From IMG/VR virus record IMGVR_UViG_3300048670_000431, positions 1 to 29,974 of that record: a DNA stretch of 29,974 bases; one strand, given 5' to 3'. Below the pieces are notes generated by a model. That model did no database searches and was not told the origin of the DNA. It worked only from the letters and a program-made list of their open reading frames with translations. Position numbers and translations under genes: made by a program. This DNA comes from a virus (Duplodnaviria; Caudoviricetes). Shown here in pieces: positions 24,244 through 29,974 of this stretch. Within the stretch, counting starts at the first letter, position 1; every line of letters starts with the position of its first letter.

Positions 24244-24762
24244 ATGAGCCTTAAAGAACTCACAGCAGACAAACATCGAGAAGCAGAAACCACACAGTTC
24301 ATGAAAGCTGTGTTTGCAAAAACCCTGCCACGCGATCATTGGGTAGACTTTACCTATCAAAAAACATTGTTCTACAGCACAATCGAAACCGCAGCAACCC
24401 AGCAGGGTCTGATGAGTGACCTAGAGCCCATGCGTAGATCGGCATTGCTTGCACAAGATTATGAAAAAATGGATGGCGGTGCTCGCGAATTCAAACCTGC
24501 GGTGCTGGAATATCATAACTACATACAAACACTGACTGACCCCATGCAAATCATGGCACACTTGTACACATGGCACATGGGAGATTTGTTTGGTGGACAG
24601 ATGATTAAAAAACTTGTGGATGGGCCTCACAGCAGTTTGGATTTTTTAGATGCTCCTGTGCTGATTGCTGTGATGAGAAGCAAACTATCCGACAGCATGG
24701 CTGAAGAAGCCAACATTGCCTTTGATTGGGCAATCCAAATACTAAATGAATATGACCACTAA
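24244..24762 (+). CDS. hemO: Heme oxygenase (HO-1/HemO family)
   Basis: LKELT..KHREAE (proximal His), AHLYTWHMGDLFGGQMIKK (distal helix) and EEANIAF. Confidence 0.93.
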   Translation: MSLKELTADKHREAETTQFMKAVFAKTLPRDHWVDFTYQKTLFYSTIETAATQQGLMSDLEPMRRSALLAQDYEKMDGGAREFKPAVLEYHNYIQTLTDPMQIMAHLYTWHMGDLFGGQMIKKLVDGPHSSLDFLDAPVLIAVMRSKLSDSMAEEANIAFDWAIQILNEYDH

Positions 24763-25426
24763 TCTTTGGCAACGAGTCTTGAAAGTAGCAGAGTTCTTTG
24801 AATCACGATTTAAAGAAACAGGCACACCCATCGTGGATGTGGCAGAACACTACGACTGGTACAATCGACTGTATACTAGTCCTACATATCGCAGAGCACA
24901 TGTTGAGATCGTGGACAAAACTGCCAGTCACAAGATTCTTGTGTTGCATTGCACAGTGTTTCCGCATTACAATGATCCCAGTCCAATCTGGGGATTTGAT
25001 GCTGTATGCGGACCAAACAAGATCACCGGAGCATTTCATGACTTCAGCGACGGCGGTGATCCTGACCACTTCATGATGAAACACTTTGCTGAAACTGTGA
25101 AAAATGTGACCTGGAACAAGCCCAGAGTATTACCGCAATGGGCCGCTGAAATTTTCAGTTCAAACATTGTGGCCGCAGGCAATGTGAGCGACGAAGCTGA
25201 ACTGGAAAACTTGTGCCAGCTGGCCGAAGCAAATCTGGACTACTATCTAAACAACGTGGGACAAACTGCACAGTCTGAACATGATTACTGGCCAAATCAA
25301 AGTCGATACAATGCCAACAACAAATTAAATCCACATGTGGCTCGCAGCATGATCAGCATGGGTGTGGAAGAAGCTGTGATTAAAAAGTTTATTGACGAAG
25401 TATTATATCCAGAGCACAGACTATGA
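24746..25426 (+). CDS. pcyX: Ferredoxin-dependent bilin reductase (PcyA/PcyX family)
   Basis: RRAHVE, LHCTVFP, PIWGFD, GAFHDFS, R.LPQWA.EIFS, Q..Y...NK.NPH and FIDEVLYP. Adjacent to heme oxygenase. The start may be 24752, and the pcyX-versus-pcyA assignment is tentative. Confidence 0.88.
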   Translation: MNMTTNLWQRVLKVAEFFESRFKETGTPIVDVAEHYDWYNRLYTSPTYRRAHVEIVDKTASHKILVLHCTVFPHYNDPSPIWGFDAVCGPNKITGAFHDFSDGGDPDHFMMKHFAETVKNVTWNKPRVLPQWAAEIFSSNIVAAGNVSDEAELENLCQLAEANLDYYLNNVGQTAQSEHDYWPNQSRYNANNKLNPHVARSMISMGVEEAVIKKFIDEVLYPEHRL

Positions 25427-26838
25427 GTCAAATGTTTTTTTATGACGAACAAATTCGTCGCTATCTATTGCAGTTCACACGCATGTTCAGCTTGTTTGAA
25501 GTTGAATACGGACGCAACGAACAAGGTACCACTGACCTAGTGCGTGTGCCCATACGCTATGGTGATGCCAGCAGAAATGCACAGACCATACTGAATCAGA
25601 ACTCCGCTAACTCATTAAATGCCACGCCCTTGATGACTTTCCACATCACTGCACTTGCCTATGACCGTGAACGCATGCAAGAGCCATATCATGTGAACAA
25701 GATGTTTGTGCGTCAACGCACTTGGGATCCGGGCACAGAAAGCTACGAAACCACACAAGGCAATGCTTTCCAAGTAGAAAGACTCATGCCTGTGCCATAC
25801 AAACTCACAGTTGATCTGGACATATGGACTTCAAATACCAATCAGAAGATGCAGTTGTTTGAACAGATTGCCACGCTGTTTAACCCTGCATTGGAAATAC
25901 AGGCCACAGACAATTATATTGATTGGACCAGCCTAAGTGTGTGCAATCTTGACAATGTGAAATGGTCTGGCAAGTCTATTCCTGTTGGCACTGGCGACCC
26001 CATCGACGTCATGACCATGACATTCAGCATGCCAATCTGGATCTCGTCTCCGGCCAAGATCAAGAAACTGGGTGTGGTGGAGCGAGTTATTGCCAGCATC
26101 TTTGATGCACAGGGCGATACTGTGAATGCCATCAGCAACAGTGACTTGTTGTTGGGTACCAGGGTCAAAGTCACTCCTGGGGGGTATCAAGTTCTACTGC
26201 TGGACAATCAACTACAGGTACTACAATCAACCCAACCGCCGGTGCGTCCAGACAGATTAAGCCTAGAGCCATTTGGATTTCCTGTTGCAGAAAATCCGCA
26301 GATCACCTGGCCAGCCGTGATTGGAATGTATGGAGTATTGCGTCCCGGGATCAGTTATATCACACTAGCCGATCCTTGGGATCCTGACAACGGATCTCCG
26401 GTTGTGGGAACCATAGCAGTTAATCCTGCCGATGATCGATTGTTGATCTACAACATTGATCCGGACACCATGCCACAAAACACTCTAAGTCCCGTGGACG
26501 CTGTGGTGAACCCGTTGACTTCGGGTCCCGGTGACGGACTGGACAGCAGCATTACCGGACAGCGATACTTGCTGAACGAAAGCACAGGCAATGTTGCCAA
26601 TCCAAGCAATCCCATAGCCTGGCTGGGCACCGGTGGACAATCTCTGATCGCCAATGCCAATGATATCATTGAGTTTGATGGATCAAGATGGGTGATAGCA
26701 TTCCACAGTCAAGGCACCACAGGTCCTCAATATGTGACAAATCTAACCACTGGCATCCAATACTACTGGAACGGCACCAAGTGGGCCAAGAGCATAGATG
26801 GTCTTTATCCCGGAGGCGAATGGACTCTTGTGTTGTAA
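25423..26838 (+). CDS. gp15: Tail terminator/sheath stabiliser (T4 gp15-like) with C-terminal extension
   Basis: FFYDEQIRRYLLQF..MFS, RVPIRYG, P.MTF.IT.L.YD.ER, MPVPY.L...L.IW and Q.FEQI..LFNP. Confidence 0.85.
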   Translation: MSQMFFYDEQIRRYLLQFTRMFSLFEVEYGRNEQGTTDLVRVPIRYGDASRNAQTILNQNSANSLNATPLMTFHITALAYDRERMQEPYHVNKMFVRQRTWDPGTESYETTQGNAFQVERLMPVPYKLTVDLDIWTSNTNQKMQLFEQIATLFNPALEIQATDNYIDWTSLSVCNLDNVKWSGKSIPVGTGDPIDVMTMTFSMPIWISSPAKIKKLGVVERVIASIFDAQGDTVNAISNSDLLLGTRVKVTPGGYQVLLLDNQLQVLQSTQPPVRPDRLSLEPFGFPVAENPQITWPAVIGMYGVLRPGISYITLADPWDPDNGSPVVGTIAVNPADDRLLIYNIDPDTMPQNTLSPVDAVVNPLTSGPGDGLDSSITGQRYLLNESTGNVANPSNPIAWLGTGGQSLIANANDIIEFDGSRWVIAFHSQGTTGPQYVTNLTTGIQYYWNGTKWAKSIDGLYPGGEWTLVL

Positions 26839-27251
26839 AAGCAGTGGGGGTGTGGTTCTATTGCGTGAGAACACGCTGCTATCTTTATCTCTTACGAAAT
26901 GATTCAAAATATCCTGACACCTGGGGGCTTGCTGGTGGCAAGGTAGAACCCAACGAGACCTTGATCACCGCTGTGGAGCGCGAATGCTCTGAAGAGTTGG
27001 GCAGCATGCCCGAGTACCAACAGTTGATACCCATTGAAATGTTCACATCAGCCGACGGAGGATTTGAATATCACACCTTCTGGTGCAGAGTGGATCACGA
27101 ATTCATTCCTGAACTCAATCACGAACATGTGGGATATGCGTGGGTGCAAAGTGGAAGATTGCCAAGACCTCTCCATCCTGGCTTGTGGAACACTGTGAAT
27201 CTAGATGCCATCCAGAAAAAGATAGCAAGTCTAGAGATCACCTGCGTCTAG
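26820..27251 (+). CDS. NUDIX hydrolase
   Basis: Nudix box GGKVEPNETLITAVERECSEELG and LNHEHVGYAW. The start is uncertain; ATG 26820 was chosen. Confidence 0.9.
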   Translation: MDSCVVKAVGVWFYCVRTRCYLYLLRNDSKYPDTWGLAGGKVEPNETLITAVERECSEELGSMPEYQQLIPIEMFTSADGGFEYHTFWCRVDHEFIPELNHEHVGYAWVQSGRLPRPLHPGLWNTVNLDAIQKKIASLEITCV

Positions 27252-28432
27252 TCAAAGAAAAACATCTGCCACAATCGGCAGTTGTCGTTGTTGTATCCAA
27301 AATAATCTGTGGCTGAATGTAAGTATCCAGCATTGAATATCACCAGGCGATTGTACACATTGCCAAACGTGTCCACAGGCTCGAATATGGTTCTATCCAG
27401 ATTCTGACTGCCAGGTCTGAAACATTTGGAGATATCCGGATGACTGATGTGCCGAACATCTGTGCCTTTCAGTGCATGGGTAGATGTGCCGGTTTGATAC
27501 GGTGCGTTGGGTGTGAGATACAGCATGCCGGCCCACCGTTGTGGATCACAGTGATACACTAATGGTTCACCTTCTTGGCAAACTTGGAATCGGCCATTCA
27601 TGCCATGTTCTTCCCACTTCTCAATCCGGCGATTCATGATGTATTCAAATTCTTCTTTCAATCCTGGAAACAAGAACTGCTGACGAGTGCGATTGCCTAT
27701 GTAATACTTTCCGATGCCGCCTTGATCATATTCTTGCTCTAAGGCCAACTTTCTAATAGCGTCTGGGTTTTGATAGAAGTTGTCTACTATCCACACACCC
27801 GGTCTGGGTTGTGAACTAAACAGATCTGAACTGGTTCGAGAAATATGCACCGCTGGTGCGATGGCTTTTTCTTCCATGGGTTTTTTTGGAAATCCGCAGA
27901 TCTTCAAGTTATATTCGATGGCATCTTTGTATATCTGATGCATAACAAAGTTATCTTGGAGATGCACCATGATCTGACGACTTTGTTCAGCAAGCCCCAC
28001 ATGCCAGCTTGCCACACCTTTCTGAAACAACAATCCACAATAGCCCGGATACTGATCAGTGGCCACGGGTGCAAGATCAAAGTTGCTGTATGTTAGTCCC
28101 AACACTGCTGTGGTATAACTTTCTTGCCATTCACGATGTTTCTCGTACAATCTGCTTAACAAGAAATATGCTTCCGGGCGGGCAGGAATCAGTGCAATGG
28201 CTTTGAGCAGCAGACCTTTTTCAGTGTCATCTCGAGTTTTTTGTTTTTCCAAACAGATACAGCATCGCATGAGTGCTTCGTATTGTTGTTGATCGGTGGT
28301 GCTGCGTTCTGCGGTGCGTAGATAGAAACTCACTGCTGCACCGGTCTGTCCTATGTTTTCATATTCTTGTGCCAGCAAGAAGTTGATGGTAGGATCTTCG
28401 GAGTTTTCAATGTACGGGTGTAGATATTTCAT
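27248..28432 (-). CDS. TPR-domain + 2OG-Fe(II) oxygenase-like fusion
   Basis: N-terminal TPR-like helices (LLKAIALIPARPEAYFLLSRLYE). C-terminal IVDNFY.NPD.IR, H-C-D, GMLYLTP, YNRLVIF...LHSA and R..Q.FF. Confidence 0.8.
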   Translation of the reverse strand: MKYLHPYIENSEDPTINFLLAQEYENIGQTGAAVSFYLRTAERSTTDQQQYEALMRCCICLEKQKTRDDTEKGLLLKAIALIPARPEAYFLLSRLYEKHREWQESYTTAVLGLTYSNFDLAPVATDQYPGYCGLLFQKGVASWHVGLAEQSRQIMVHLQDNFVMHQIYKDAIEYNLKICGFPKKPMEEKAIAPAVHISRTSSDLFSSQPRPGVWIVDNFYQNPDAIRKLALEQEYDQGGIGKYYIGNRTRQQFLFPGLKEEFEYIMNRRIEKWEEHGMNGRFQVCQEGEPLVYHCDPQRWAGMLYLTPNAPYQTGTSTHALKGTDVRHISHPDISKCFRPGSQNLDRTIFEPVDTFGNVYNRLVIFNAGYLHSATDYFGYNNDNCRLWQMFFFD

Positions 28433-28433
28433 G

Positions 28434-29972
28434 TTATTTCACAAAGGTTATGACTTTTGGATCTGTGGCATTTTCACAAGAGTTGCACAGCGTGAAGCAG
28501 GTCTGATCTTGAGGAATCACATCTTCATATGTCTGTTCATGCAAGTTGCCAATAATGTGATCTAACCCATAGTCCATACAGCACAGACTCACATCACCAT
28601 TGGGCAGCAGCACATTGTGATACAAGCCTTCCACACAGCCGCAAGTCTTTGCTCCTTCATGTGTGATTGCGTTCCATCGATCTCTCAAAGTAATCAGTTG
28701 TGGTTTGGCCACTGCTTCGCGAAACAGATTGCCAGCTCTGCTCCACATGGCATAGCTGGGTGCAGAATCAAATATATGCCGGATGCTGGGATGTAGTTCA
28801 GCACCCATGCTCATTTTGGAAAAGTTCTTGATCCTGTGATGATTGTCTCGGAACCATTCCAGGGTCTTGATATAGCCAGGAGTGATAGGATGGCGTGCCA
28901 ACATCTCTGCGTCGGGCAAGTGCAGTACAAAGCCGCCGTTGGGATTGCCGGCAAATGGTATATGTGCTATGGCTTCCATATCTTCCACACTCACGCCCAC
29001 ACCTGTGGTGAATACACTAACAGGGTGTCCTTGATCATGTGCGTACACGACCATTTCTGTGCAGTATTTGTTCATCCAAGGCTCTGTGAATCCAGCAAAG
29101 GTGATACGCACATCTGTGGGCACTTTGTCAATCATGCTTTTGTAATCATCCAAGGCCAGGATCCTGGTGCCCTTGTATACTTCTTCCAGAGTGCGTTGTG
29201 GGCAGAACACACAATCAACCACACATCCTTTTTCCGGAATGATAGTTGTTATTTCAAGTGTGGGTGCAGGATAGTGCTGCCATTTTTTCTTGTCTCGCGG
29301 TGCGATCTGATTGTCGATATACAACATAAAAGCAGAGTAGTGATCCACAAACCAGTCATCAAACACAGACCACTTGATATCCACATAGTCAATGCTGAGT
29401 GCGTGGAAGTTTGTAAATTCTTTTAGGTAAGTATCTCTGAATTTGCGGAACTTGGTTTTTTGTGCCGGAGTAGCCAGATGTACCTCCATGGCTATCTTAC
29501 GCACATTGTTCATGATCCAATCGTGATTTTCATCTGTGAAGAAGTCGTATTCGCCGCCTTCGCAGTCCATCTTGAGGAAGTCTATGTGCGTGAGTTTCTC
29601 TTGTTTTATCAGTGTTGTGAACTTGATAGTTTCTAATACCGTGCCATCGGTCCCATCGCTGTGTGCCACTTTGTTTTCATCATACAATCCGGCTAGATAG
29701 TTCAGGCCATCTGAATGACCCAAGGCCCGATTTATTGTCTTGACATCTAGTCCAGTATGGCTGACATTTTTTACCAAGATAGGATACAGTTGTTTGTGTG
29801 GCTCTAGACAGATCACTCTGCTGGGCTGTTGTGGAACTATGCTCCACACAAATGGGCCAGCACTGGCTCCTATGTCCACGACCACATCGCCGGGCTTTAC
29901 TTCAAAGAACCTTTGATATGTATTGTCAGCAAAGATCTCTTTTTTCACAGTGGCATGGAACCATGTATTATT
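28434..29972 (-). CDS. FkbM-family methyltransferase fused to a radical SAM/SPASM-twitch domain (5'-partial)
   Basis: VVDIGAS.G.F, LEP and IDFLKMDCEGGEY, then CVVDCVFC, FAGFTEP and LLPNGDVSLCCMD..C..C. The frame stays open to the window edge (...NNTWFHATVKKEIF). Confidence 0.87.
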   Translation of the reverse strand, partial: NNTWFHATVKKEIFADNTYQRFFEVKPGDVVVDIGASAGPFVWSIVPQQPSRVICLEPHKQLYPILVKNVSHTGLDVKTINRALGHSDGLNYLAGLYDENKVAHSDGTDGTVLETIKFTTLIKQEKLTHIDFLKMDCEGGEYDFFTDENHDWIMNNVRKIAMEVHLATPAQKTKFRKFRDTYLKEFTNFHALSIDYVDIKWSVFDDWFVDHYSAFMLYIDNQIAPRDKKKWQHYPAPTLEITTIIPEKGCVVDCVFCPQRTLEEVYKGTRILALDDYKSMIDKVPTDVRITFAGFTEPWMNKYCTEMVVYAHDQGHPVSVFTTGVGVSVEDMEAIAHIPFAGNPNGGFVLHLPDAEMLARHPITPGYIKTLEWFRDNHHRIKNFSKMSMGAELHPSIRHIFDSAPSYAMWSRAGNLFREAVAKPQLITLRDRWNAITHEGAKTCGCVEGLYHNVLLPNGDVSLCCMDYGLDHIIGNLHEQTYEDVIPQDQTCFTLCNSCENATDPKVITFVK

Positions 29973-29974
29973 AG

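Noticed and set aside
1-29974. Stop-codon recoding, introns/inteins or tRNA genes
   Set aside because: Genes are intact and tightly packed under the standard code using TAA, TAG and TGA stops, and the intergenic gaps show no tRNA-like sequence.

Overview
This window is part of a large T4-like/jumbo myovirus genome, covering the virion morphogenesis region in the standard genetic code. Structural genes: a >1795-aa collagen-like tail-fibre gene that runs off the left edge and is missing from the ORF track; putative internal head proteins with T4-IP-like leaders; gp4 head completion nuclease; tail tube and a tube-like baseplate protein; an enlarged tail sheath; and neck/tail-terminator proteins gp13, gp14 and gp15. 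Other genes: dNMP kinase, 5'-nucleotidase, a DEDD exonuclease and a NUDIX hydrolase, then a TPR+2OG-Fe(II) oxygenase and an FkbM+radical-SAM fusion at the right edge. T4-late-like (T/A/G/C)TAAATA boxes precede structural genes, and sigma70-type promoters precede non-structural ones. Main points of interest: (i) a heme oxygenase plus bilin reductase cassette tightly packed between gp14 and gp15; (ii) a hairpin that overlaps a late promoter and sequesters the gp13 start; (iii) fibre modules bounded by DNA-identical junctions; (iv) a proline-free Thr/Gln collagen with clustered kinks; (v) a possible protease-processed head polyprotein. All product calls come from motif recognition by eye; no database search was run.
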